A DNA stretch of 59,295 bases, counting the filler, from Sphacelaria rigidula (lineage: Eukaryota): NCBI GenBank assembly GCA_964200075.2. It is 7 parts of 7 records of this genome, joined end to end, with 100 filler letters (N's around TTAATTAATTAA, not from the genome) between each part and the next. Parts side by side here need not be neighbours in the genome. Positions count along the whole stretch, not along the records: positions 1 to 8,386 come from CAXNAA020011309.1; positions 8,487 to 16,872 come from CAXNAA020011310.1; 5 more parts are not named here. One strand, 5' to 3'. A program made the position numbers and the translations under genes. Each line of letters starts with the position of its first letter. The stretch's first letter is position 1. Below the pieces are notes generated by a model. That model worked only from the letters and a program-made list of their open reading frames with translations. It was not told the origin of the DNA and did no database searches. Positions 1 to 11,179 of this stretch are shown here, piece by piece.

Positions 1-263
1 CTTACAGAACGTTTTCCCTACCGTGCTCAGTAGCGTCATCCCTCTATAGTTTCCTGGGTCAGCCTTGTCTCGTTTTTGAAAAGATTGGCAACTACTCCTC
101 CTTTCCACCTCCTGAGTGTGTACTCGTTTTCCCAGATCCAGTTGTGCTGCATAACCATCACGGTAATCATCCCCTCTCCCCCGTACTTCAAAAATTAATT
201 CACTATCCCGTCTACCCCTGCTGTCTTCCTGTTCTTGAGCTTAGCTACGTACTCCTTTACGTC

Positions 264-589
264 AGAGTCATCCTACGATAGGGGGCGTACTCATTTGTTG
301 CTTGCCTTAGTCGTTTTACCATTGACCACGCATCCCTTTCGAGACGGAGCATCGGGGGGGGGGGGATTTGGTTGCACGAAGAAAGAGGCTCGTAAGTGTG
401 TCAGATGACCTGCCACACTTGCGTTGCGCTTGTATTTGATTTCAAACGATATCAGGCAGTGTAGGTGCGCGTTATGAATCCACAACAAGCTCGTTCGAAC
501 AACCGTTGCTGCTTTCAACGACGATTTGACCCGAAATTTCGTGCAAGAAGTGGCCCAAAATCCCCCCCCCCCTATCGTAGGATGACTCT
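264..589. mobile_element. MITE with AGAGTCATCCTACGATAGGGGG terminal inverted repeats, inserted in the LINE
   Basis: 22-bp perfect TIRs at 264-285 and 568-589, with a TC (or TCA) target duplication. Removing the element plus one TSD restores the LINE frame PRDDVKEYVAKLK. Confidence 0.85.
281..365 (+). repeat. ~70-nt G-run-associated short repeat; other copies at 8329-8386(+), 8487-8558(-), 14256-14330(+), 42930-43013(+), 47268-47341(-), 52119-52200(+)
   Basis: Shared core GG(C/T)GT(A/G)C(T/A)(C/A)AT...GC(T/A)TGC...TAGTC...CCATTGACC.CGCATCCCT...GACGGAG; two subfamilies are visible. Confidence 0.85.
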
Positions 590-1293
590 TCATCTCTAGG
601 AAACTCTCTCCCCAGTTCTGTTTAACCCATATCCTCCCGTTTCGACGTCTCTACATTTGCCTGTGGCCACGCGTTGATTTCTTTTCCAAATTCCTTGTCG
701 ACCTCTGTGGTTGTTCTGGTGTTCCTAGTCTACGGTAGTGCTCGACTAGCACTTATCTCTTTTGCTTCGGACTTCTGGCCATTTTACCGTTCTGTACCCG
801 GAGTGTAGCTATCCCCTTGACCATCTTCCCTGCCTGGTTTCTCGTTATCCTTTTTATCCCTGCCCACATATGTTTCGTCCCGCCGTCGAAATCTTCATTT
901 GTTTTATTCACTACACGTTTCCGAACTTCCTTTCTTTTCTGCTGTACCATATTTTTTACTTCCTTCCGAGCTTTAGTAAACTCACCCCATCCTCCCGTAC
1001 TTTTGTTCGATATCCACCTCGCGTGGGCCTCTCTCCTTACTCTGATAGCCTCCTCCTCTTCCTCATCCCACCATTTCGCTGCTGTGTTGCATACGATCAG
1101 TTTCCTCCCTATGACTTCACTCGCTGTGTTCTTGACCAGCTGCTCCCACCCTTCTACAATCTTTGCTCCTGCCCGATTTCTTTCCATTTCGGTATCAACT
1201 GTACCTCCGCGTTCCAACAGCTCGGAAAATTTCACTTCATTTTGGGCCATCTTCTCTTGGAACTCTTGCCGTTTTCCTTCCATAAGTAGTTTT

Positions 1294-1729
1294 AACGCGC
1301 GATCTACAAATTAGGGATGGATCTTTTATTGGGGATGAGATACCCGGCGGATTGAAATCTTCCTATCCACACCAATTCGAAACACGGTTCCATTTCTTCA
1401 CCTACTGATAGCTATTGACAACTGCTACACGCCACAGAAAAATTTATTTTGATCACCGAAATGTCGGGGTCCTAGGTGAAAACCAATTTCGGAACCACTT
1501 TGGCGTCCGTTTGGACACCCGGAATTCCCCAAAATTGGTGTGTCACCTAGGACCCCAACCGCTCGGTGATCGAAATCCAAATTTCTATGGCGTGTAGCAG
1601 TTGTCAATAGCTATCAGTAGGTGAAGAAATGGAACCGTGTTTCGAATTGGTGTGGAAAGGAAGATTTTAATCCGCCAGGTTTCTCATCCCCAATAAAAGA
1701 TCCATCCCCAATTTGTAAGATCCCGTGTT
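1294..1729. mobile_element. Near-fully palindromic MITE (copy 1 of 3)
   Basis: Arms of ~200 bp are inverted copies (AACACGGGATCT-like termini). Flanks TTTT/TTTA; excision with a 4-bp TSD restores the LINE frame RIDK-LLMEGK. Homologous to 26709-27154 and 25458-25600. Confidence 0.9.
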
Positions 1730-3428
1730 TTTATCGATTCTCCATTTGTACAACTTCCTACCCCGCCTATTCCTTTTTGCTCTCGTCTGTTGGCTTTTTG
1801 TCCATATGAGGCAGGGATCTGTGGTTCCCACGTCCTCGGCGCATACATCTACTTCCATTTCTTCACTATTTTCATACTCTACCACTATACAGTCAAGAAC
1901 GGAGCATTCTCTCTTTCCTTTGCATCCCCTCGTCCATGCCCGTTGTGCGCCTCTGGCTTTGGTACTTTATCGGCCAGCGTCTTCATCTCATTATGCTCAA
2001 GGAACTTAAGCATTTCTGCCCCATTCGTGTTCTTCTGACCTTTCCCGTATTTCCCAATGATATCATCCGGTTGACCTGCTCTTCCCAACCTTGCATTCAA
2101 ATCTCCAACTAACATTGCTTCTCCTTGCCATTTATACGTATGTACATCTGCTGCTATCTCTCTAAACCTACGCAGAATACCGTCCACCCTACTCTTCGAT
2201 TCTGGGGGCATACATATGTTCTCTACGAAGAAGTCCTTCGTCCCCCGCTTTCCTGGTACCCTTACCCACATGCTCTCGTCGAATTTCGTGTCATCGATCA
2301 CTTCTATATTGTCACACAGGTATTTCTTGACTTAAATTCCTACTCTCCCCGCTCCCCTGCCCTTGTCCTTCTGTCCGTTCCACTTCTTCCCTATCCATGC
2401 GTACTCGTCGACTTTGCATCCTATTTCTACCCCCTCTTTCTCCCATGACTCTTGGATTCCTACTATATCTAGGTCGTGTTTTCTCACTTGGTTTTGCGCT
2501 ATCTCTTCTCGCTTGCGCTTGTGTGTGACGAATCCACACAAGTTCCACGACCCCATTCTCAGCTTCCTTTCCGAATCATTATCTGCTCTCTTATTGTCTC
2601 CTATCCTCTTCCTGTGTCTCTTACTTCTACTTTCCCTTGCTTGATTGTTCTGCCCCTTGCCGGTTTGGTTTTTGTCTACGTCTTTCGGGGCGCCGTGTCC
2701 CCTATCCTTCCCTTTCCGGGCATTTACCTGTTCCTACCTCTCTTTTCCTCCGTTTGCCCGTGCACTACGCCTTAGGTTTGTTATTCCGTTACCAATGCAT
2801 ACTCTCCATCCTACCCTTCTAAGCCATGCCGATACCTTACTTGTTTCTACCCTTTCCAACTCCTTGCTCGCTCCCTGATTTACTGTGACTCGGAAGTGTT
2901 CTCCCTCCGTTTGTACTTTTCCTCTTGCCAAACAGTATAATCCAACTTCATTGTATTTCTTCTTATACTCTATTCTTGTCATGTCGCTACGAACTCCGAA
3001 TACCAGCACTACTAGTACCTTACCCGACCAATCTTTACTCCGCTATCCGCCCTTCCTTACCGTCTCTCTCTCGATCTCCTTCGAGAGAATCGCCAGCTCC
3101 TTTATTTGAATTGTATTTGTGGAATATCTTCAACGTACTGGGCTATCTCAATCCTAGTACTCGTTGGGGGTCTGGCTCGTTTCAGTTATTTTGCTGGCTC
3201 ACCGACACTAAAAAATGCCTCCAACACAGGCTCGTAGCCTGAAGCCAAGTTCAACACCTTTCACACAAGTACCGCACGTTTGTGTCAGGCGATCTTCATG
3301 GTAAACCATTCAGGCGTCTCACGATCGTATTTTCCATCTTCTTGGTCCGCTGCTATACTGGTTACTTTCCTCCAGGGAGGTCATTTTCACCGTTTAGGGT
3401 TCAAGGACGGCTTGCATAACACAAGGTT

Positions 3429-3649
3429 TCTGACGAGATAACGCCTTTACGTTGAGTTGGCAGTGATGATCTGGATAATGACCGGGGATACTAGGTTGAT
3501 ACCCTGGCGTGTCTAGGAGGCTGTGCCTACGAGGGCACTCCTGAATAATGAGAATGTTGTAAAGGCTTACAAATGAAACTGAGGCCAGTAAGACCAGGGA
3601 GTCCCTCAACAGCAGTAATCCAGCAGTTCTTCCACTGGCTGACGTCACA
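3429..3649 (+). repeat. 5' LTR
   Basis: Direct repeat of 7571-7819, with about 17 substitutions counted by eye. Confidence 0.92.
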
Positions 3650-6600
3650 ATATCGATATTAGTGCTAGTGCGAGTGCTAGAATCCTGCTGGGAAAGATTT
3701 TGGTAAGAGTTTGGTAGCTGTGGAAACCTGATACACCACGGACGCGTGGAGCGGGTTGCAGCTGAGGCAGCTGCAGAAAGGCGGCTGGCCTGTGATTAAT
3801 CCATACTGGAGACTTGCTGAAGCTGCGTGCAGCGGGAGTTAGGAGGCTCCTACGACTGTGTGGTGCGGCAACGAGGCAAGGAAGTGTGCAATTCGCGAAA
3901 GTCCGCTGGCCTGTGAAATTTCGCAGGTAGCTGGTTGCAGCTACGCGTATGGCGACCGGTTCGTGTACTACGACCAGCGTGACGCCCGTGGTTATGCGAG
4001 AAGAGTTGCGACCTCCCCAATACGGGGATATGTACACAGAGATGCATCTCGCATTTTTATTACCAAGTACTTTCAGTACAAAAAGCGTGCGAAGCACGCT
4101 AACGCAGGGGGTGTTGTGCGGCATCAGGTGGTGTCAATGGCTAAACAAGTGCCAACCTCTGTGCAGAGAGTGTTTGCTCGTTTGGAGCATAAAAAAATCA
4201 CAATCACGCCCCCGCAATTGGTTGCGGCGACCAGAAAGCATGCTGGGCATGCGGCGGGCACTTGCCAATGTTTTGGCCAGGTCGACCATTACGCGCGCGA
4301 TTGCCCAACGTCTTCCGGTGGAAAGTCTGGGCAATCTCATGCCCCGCGCCATCAGCATCGTCAGCACAAGGGCGAAAGACGAGGTAATCGTGGTGGCGGC
4401 GGCGGATCCTTCGGCGGTGGAGGGTCTCAGTTGAGTCCTCAGCAGCAGGAGCAGCAGGAGCAGCAGCAGGGGCAGCGGCGTCAGCATGGGTCTGGTTCAG
4501 AGTTCGGCGCCGCTGTAGATGCTGCTGCTCCACAACGGGCGGTGCAGGTGGGACCGACTTCTACAATGTCGAACACTGCGCCGGCGCCGGTGGTGGCGCC
4601 GGTGGTGACACCGGCAGCAGCGCCAGGGGCGATACCTGCTGACGCGCTCGTCGGAGGTTCGCCAAATTCTTGGTCTGCTGGCTGGGGGTCATACCCGCCG
4701 GCGGTGCCGTTTGAACATGCCAGGGCGTCTTCACCTGCTGCACAGCCGTGGCGTCAAGTGGGATTTGCAGCGCATCGGTGGGCGAATATATTGCGAGTGG
4801 AGTCCGCGGACAGATACGTTTCTGTAGAGCTGTTTCCCAAATCAACGGGAGCGTGGAGCTATTGAGGTTCAGGCTAAGTGGGATTCTGGCGCCCACTGGA
4901 CGGATCATTTGAGTCTGTCCGTACAGATTGTAGAGGTGTTGGAGAGTCTTCTCCCAGCTGTGCCGCTGCGCATTGCGTTTTCGCTCGGGGCGCGGCAGGC
5001 CGTCACCACGTCGGTCAGCATGTTTACGTCACAGAGCGTACTGTTCCGCTGCAACTGACTCTCACGACTTCCTGGCGGCCGGCGCCGTTGCCTCCGATCT
5101 CGTTTGCGATCATGCCGGGATCGGATGGCGTTATTCTTCTGGGGTTGCCGATGCTTCAGGATATTGGAGTCAACGCTCAGCGACTGTGGGGCTCCATGAA
5201 GACGCGGATATCTCCGCCTGGTCCACGCTCGGAGACGCCCGCCGTTTCGGGCAGTCGTCGCGTGAGCTTGTCGTTGGATGCTTTTCAGGAGGCTGGAGGG
5301 CAGGTGACCGAAGAGCACGATGCGGCGGTGGAACGCTCGGTAGAGCACGGCCCGAAGATGTTGATGATTCCGGCAGGAGAGGAGTCCGCTCGGAAGGTCG
5401 CGCTGGAGGAGAGGGTGACGGATGCTGCTGGGGCGACAGGCCTCAGCGTTTCACAAGCGGAGCGCCTGCGCGGCATATTGCATTGCCGCGTCAACGCGTT
5501 TCGTCGTGCGCTGCGGGGTGATCCCCCTGCGTGCGTGGAGCCCATGCGTATATAGCTAAAACCTGGGCGTCTGCGGCGAAGACGAAGCCGCGGCGGAACG
5601 ATCCGGTGAAGTCGAGTTGGTTGGCGTTGTGCATGGCGGTTCGTTTGGCGCTCGGGTTGGTGTTACGAAATCTGCAGGCGGGGTGGTCCAGTCCAGATAT
5701 GGCGTTTCCGAAGAAGGCTGCATCGTGGACGGAGGGCAGGCTGCAGGCGTGGGCGGGAGCGAAGGATCTGGTGGCTCATGCCGTGACGCTGTTCCATCCT
5801 CGTCCTGATTGTCAGGTGTTTATGTTTCCGGATGCATCTGAGTGCCATTGGGGTAGTTTGGTCAAACAGGTGCCTGATGTTGAAATTCAAATGCCTGTGC
5901 AAGCTGTGGCTGTGTATGGTTCGTGTGAACCTGATGACTTGATGCCATCCAAATCTGTGGTCCGCCAAGCGCAACGAAAAAACCGTGGGGCCAAACATGC
6001 GCATGTGCAATCTTTCGAGTCGGACGTTGGTACTGCTATCTTGGATAATGAAGATCTGTTTCGTGTGCATGTGCGTGGCCGAAACGTGTTGTGGGTTCCG
6101 AGTTCTGACAAGCAGTTGCAGGTACGTCTGATGATTTGCGCGCACATGCGCGACGCCCGGCATCGTGGTGTGGCTGCGACGCTCGTGCGCTTGCAAAAGG
6201 TTTGTGTATGGCAGGGGATAGAAACTCACGTGCGTGAATTTGTCTGCCGGTGTCTTCACTGTGCTGACTCGAGGGCGGGCGATGTTGTTCCCCGCCCAGT
6301 CGGCGAAACGGTCCATGTGGCCACGCCGAATGAAGTTGTTCATTTTGACGTCTTGTACGTGGGCGAGAGTGGCCCGCTAGCTTCCCAACGTTTGTCGGAG
6401 GATGCTGGGTTTCGATTCATTTTGGTAATTATGGATAATTTGAGCAACTTCGGGTCTCTTGAACCAGTAGCGGTGTGTACTCCTGAATCGACCGCTGCAT
6501 CTTTGCTGAATTGATGCAAAAAATTGGGGGTGCCGCGTGTGTGGGTGAGTGATACCGCCGCGCATTTCAAGAAAGCGATCTTGGCCCGATTGCGAGAGGC

Positions 6601-7570
6601 TTTGCGCGTGGATCATCGGTTTGCGGTAGCGTATTTTCCGTGGTCTAACGGTACGTGCGAACGCATGGTCAAGGAAGTAGTTCGTGTTCTTCGCTCTCTT
6701 CTTCTCGAGCAGCGTAGAGCGGTTTCCGAGTGGGTGGACGTGGTGCCGGCGGTGCAATGGGCGCTTAATACAGCGTATCGTCGTCGTTACGATAGTACGC
6801 CGTACCACGTGGTGTTTGGTCGTACCCCTCGGACGTCTTTCTCGGTGCTGGCGTCTTCGTCGGTGGGGGAATGGAAGTGTGATGTTTTGGACGATGTTCA
6901 AATTAAAAGTGCATTGCAAGGAGTCTTGGACTTCCAAGAACGTTTCCCCGTTCAAGTGCAAAAACGTGTTGCCGCTGAACGTGCGCGTCGACGTGAGGGT
7001 ACCTCGTCGGGGTTGGAATTGCCAAATTCTGAGGCAGGCGACTATGTCTTGTATGCACGCGTGCGTCGTCCGGGTCTTACGCCCTAGTTGATGGCGACTT
7101 GGACTGGTCCATGGAGAGTGGTTGGTGCTCACCACCCGCACGTGTTTGAGATTCAAAACATTATTTCGGGTCGTGCTCAGACCGCCCATGTAGCTCGTTT
7201 GCGTTTTTATGCAGACTCTCACCTTGATGTTACGGCTGACTCTAAGGACGTGTTCCAGCATGCTTTCAATCAGGGGCAATTTCAGATGGTCGGTATTGTC
7301 CGAGTGGTAGAAGCAGATGATCGTTCGTTGATCGTGTTGGTCCTGGGTTGGTTTCGAAGTTGAGGAGCGTACGTGGGAGCCTTTAAAGGATATTTTTGAG
7401 GCCTCTCCGGAACTTCTTACGAAGGAGTTTCGTAAATTGCGCGTGACTCGTGCCGTTGCTGCCCGCATTTCGAATGAGTTTGGTATTCAGTTGTGACTTA
7501 CTCATCATTTTGGCGTTTTCTATGTGTCAAGCTTGTTGATCGATTTTCGTCCAACGCGCTTGGGGGGTGC

Positions 7571-7819
7571 TTTGACGAAATAACGCCGTTACGTGGAGTT
7601 GGTAGTGATGATCTGGATGATGACCGTTGATAGTGATGATCTGGATAATGGCCGGGGACACTAGGTTGATAACCTGGCGTGTCTAGGAGGCTGTGCCTAC
7701 GAGGGCACTCCTGAATAATGAGAATGTTGTGAAGGCTGACAACTGAATCTGAGGTCAGTAAGACTGAGGAGTCCCTCAACAGCAGTGATCCAGCAGTTCT
7801 TCCACTGGCTGACGTCACA
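7571..7819 (+). repeat. 3' LTR, with a 28-bp internal tandem duplication
   Basis: Direct repeat of 3429-3649 plus an extra copy of the TAGTGATGATCTGGA-containing block. Confidence 0.92.
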
Positions 7820-8386
7820 GGTCTGACTCACACCGGGATGTGTCGTACATCACTCTTCCATTCCGTGTGCGATTCAACATGGGGCCAACGATTCTCCCAC
7901 ACTTTGTACCGGCTTATATCCTTCAAGATCGCAAGTCTACGTACTGCTTGGTGCTCCTTCTCGTAGGTCATGTGGTCGGTCATTGGTTAGGTGTTTGTTT
8001 CATGAGTGCAGAAGGTCATGGCATTAATGCCATGCTTTGTCCACCCCTTTCCTTCACTAGGCGCATTTTACACCTAATGTCGGAAATTTCTGGAACTGGC
8101 TGACCAGACTCCCATTGCCTACTAAAAACAGGTAAGGTTTTACGGGTATCTCATCACGAGACGCTAACCTCCACGTGAATTTGACATGGAGGGGGGGATG
8201 AACCTACCCTATCCGTACTGGTTATATCTTCTATACTTTCGACTTGCATGTAAGGTGGTCAACCTTCACGCTGTTGTTTACATGTCTAGTTTTTGGGTTT
8301 ATTATTGTCTAACATTCGTTATGATATTGGGTGTACACATGATCATCCATGACATAGTCGTCAGACCATTGACCTCGCATCCCTAC

Positions 8387-8486
8387 NNNNNNNNNNNNNN
8401 NNNNNNNNNNNNNNNNNNNNNNNNNNNNNNTTAATTAATTAANNNNNNNNNNNNNNNNNNNNNNNNNNNNNNNNNNNNNNNNNNNN
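8387..8486. other. Artificial contig-concatenation linker (N44-TTAATTAATTAA-N44); identical linkers at 16873-16972, 25358-25457, 33843-33942, 42328-42427, 50812-50911
   Basis: Six identical 100-nt spacers carrying a six-frame stop sequence. The intervening segments have non-increasing lengths of 8386-8384 nt. Confidence 0.97.
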
Positions 8487-9933
8487 CGGCTTTACAGGGA
8501 TGCGAAGTCAATGGTCTGATGACTATGGCATGCATGATCATGAGTACACCCCCCCCCCGTCTTCTCTCGCACGCGGCCACGAGCGGTAGTGTGAGACCCG
8601 CAAATAGCCACAAGTGTACCGCAGATCGTGTGAAAGGCCTTGGATTTGGGGGGGGGGGGGAGGGGGCAACGAGGGAGTTCATTCTATGCTTTTTCAATAT
8701 TTTCTCCATTTCGTCCTTCCTTCTCCCCCCCCAACCCGCCTCCTCATATTGATCCACAAGCAGGTGGCCTATCCGCCGAGGCGGGTCGGCGCTACGCATT
8801 GAGGACTACACACGAACAGCAACCGGCAATACCTCCAAAAAGACGAGTGAAGCCACCGCTGCCTCCGCCACTAAAGGCAGTAAGAAGTCAGCGATATCTT
8901 CGAAAGATATCGCCCAACGACCGCAAGATCCGCGACATGGCCAAGCAACGACCGACGCTCCCATATCGCTTGTGCGATCGGGCCGCAGCGGAGAGGCGGG
9001 AGGGGAAAAGACGCCCGCTGTGAAGTTGTGGAGGAAAGCGACGGCGTCGATCGCGGGGAGGAGGGAGGCGAGGCGCGACAACTCTTCCGTTGGCCCCGGC
9101 GTGATGAGCAGGTTGGTTGTCCGACTGGTCGCTTGGTTTGTTGCAGGGTGATGGGTTGGTGGTTGGGGATCGGTTGATTGGGTGGAGGTCCGTTGGTCAT
9201 TAGGTGGTTGACTGGTCGTTGACTAGCGAGCTGGTCGTTCAGGTGGTGTGACTGGTTGATGTGGTTTCGAAGCCTGAAGGGATGGATTACGGGACTCTGG
9301 CTGGTGCCGTGTTGCGCATTCTGCCGTCGGTTAGAGGAGAGTACAATCTTTCTTCACAGCAACTGCTGTTACGGGATCAAGCAGGGGCGTGTTCTGTGCG
9401 TACCCTTCGGAAGGTGTTTCCACATTCCCCTTTGGTCGTGTTACAGACAGTACACACAATTAGGCCGTGTCTTATCAAAGATTGTTGCTTGACTCGAAAA
9501 CGTACGGTGGAATCGAATTTGCTCGTACCTGATGCACGTCCACGGGATTCATGTTTCTCAACCATCTGAGAAAATAAAATAGCGTGGACGAATTAGAAAC
9601 GAGCGAATTCGATTCCACCGAACGTTTTTCCAGTCGGAAACAACTTGATGAGACACGGCCTTAGGGGAGGAAGGCGAAGGGGAAGTTGATAGATTCAGTG
9701 TTCTGTGCTCACTCAACGAGGGAACAGGCAAAGAAACATCGCGCGAGTTTTCTTGATGCCTACGCACATCACCGCTGATGATTGCTCGGATACAAGTACT
9801 CACCAACTGATGCAGCAGATGAACCACACCATCTGCAATAACAGATAATCGTGATCACTTACAGTCTTGTACCCGGTAAGTCTATTACCATAGGCGTGAC
9901 TGAGACAGGAACCTAATGATGGCGTGTTTTTTC

Positions 9934-10183
9934 CAGGGATATACACGTTACATGTTACACGTTCACGTTACGTTCCTCACGTACAAACAAAATTAACGTT
10001 CACGTTCACGGTCACGTTACGTATGTCACGTTGAAAAAAATTGACGTCACGTGAACGTTTCATTTGAAAATTTCACATGACGTTCACGTTACGTTCATCA
10101 CGTAAAAAAATATAACGTTTACGTCACGTTTCGGCCAAAACGTGACGTGTAACGCCGTGGCACGTGTCACGTGTATATCCCTG
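9934..10183. mobile_element. MITE (hAT-like termini) with dense ACGT subterminal repeats
   Basis: TIRs CAGGGATATACACGT / ACGTGTATATCCCTG; flanking direct repeat (G)TTTTTTC of 7-8 bp; interior made of CACGTT/TACGTT/GACGT motifs. Confidence 0.85.
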
Positions 10184-11179
10184 TTTTTTCCCTCCTTCAT
10201 CCATGTACGACCAACAAGAGGGGAGACATCTCGTTAGACAAATACTTGTTTGCCTCTTCCTATTGCTTTCTTTACTTGTCTTCAACTTTTCCTTTCATTT
10301 TTTTTTTTTTCGTCAGTAGTGCAGTATCATCACCAAACAAAAGGGAGAATCTGGTAAGCAGAAGTCGTTTCCCCTTCTCTTGTATAAACCTTCGTCCAGG
10401 CTTTTCTGTTTTTTTTCAACTCTCTTTTGTCATGTTCTCTCTTATGTTCCCTTGTGTGTGTGAGCTGAAGATTAAAGTCTCATCGAATGTTTTCCCGCGT
10501 GTCTGACTCGGGTATGTGCATTTTGTGTCGCGGCTGGATTCCTGCAAAACCAGTTCATGCCCGACCATCAATCAATCAATCAATGATCAACCAACGGAGT
10601 TCTTCACTCGACCTTCTTTTCTCTCGTCTTCTTACGGGTAGAGTGTTGGAGTGATTGCATTCCGTGGTTTTATGTTTCTTGTTTTTCGTTTCTTTTTTTC
10701 ATTCCTAGGTTTGTATCTCGCAAGGATCCTATTGTATTCCTGCATTTTGTACCCGAGGACTGATGAACACGTGAGCACCCACCTGCGAGGTCGACCCCAG
10801 CGTCTTACCTACAGGAACAAACCTGTTGGAACAAGATGAAAGTGCAGCGGTTGCGGGCGAGTTGTGCAAGACCGTACATGCATACATACATATCACATAT
10901 GTGCTCTGATGTCAACGCAACGGCAGCATTGTTGATGAGAGCTGCTCATCGGTCTTCGAGGACCAGAGAAAACACTCAATTTCATACACTGAATCAACCC
11001 GCATATTCTTGTTTCACTTTATATGTTGGTGCTAAACACAGACGGGAAATTCCCGGCCCCTTCCAGGTTAGGCTGCGGCACCCACCCCTGACAGAACACG
11101 ACACTATATTTTGGATTATGACTCCCCACAAAGAAGGGCAGAACACTTGGCAAATCGTGTAGGTTTAGATGAGGCTAGA

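Larger units (their letters stand above)
1..3240 (-). mobile_element. Decayed APE-RT non-LTR retrotransposon (LINE), interrupted by two MITEs
   Basis: Minus-strand APE motifs GSWNLCG...DIVGIQESW (2332-2556), GDLNARLG and NTNGAEMLKFL (1885-2301), TDPCLIW; linker region KWWDEE (753-1283); RT-proximal segment VKEYVAKLKNRKTAGVDGIVNEFLKYGG near 170-260. Several frameshifts. The upstream boundary is approximate. Confidence 0.85.
3429..7819 (+). mobile_element. Ty3/Gypsy chromodomain-bearing LTR retrotransposon, non-autonomous (RT core deleted)
   Basis: LTRs 3429-3649 and 7571-7819 ending in CGTCACA; imperfect TSD GGTT/GGTC; PPT-like GGGGGG at 7562-7567. Gag zinc knuckle (CFGQVDHYARDC, ~4270-4305); protease tail (DGVILLGLPML); start of RNase H (FPDASECHWG); integrase HHCC (HMRDARHRG...CLHC) and DDE motifs (FDVLY, SDTAAHF, SNGTCERM); chromodomain (TWEPLKDIFEASPELL). 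In-frame stops and frameshifts. Confidence 0.93.

Noticed and set aside
1415-1607. Paired antisense ORFs both starting MTTATRHR (also 26837-27029)
   Set aside because: By-product of the palindromic MITE, not genes.
6377-7468. 363-aa minus-strand ORF
   Set aside because: Antisense shadow of the Gypsy integrase.
8329-8558. Apparent inverted repeat spanning the first linker
   Set aside because: The two arms lie on different, length-sorted contigs. Both simply end in the same high-copy repeat, so there is no real hairpin.
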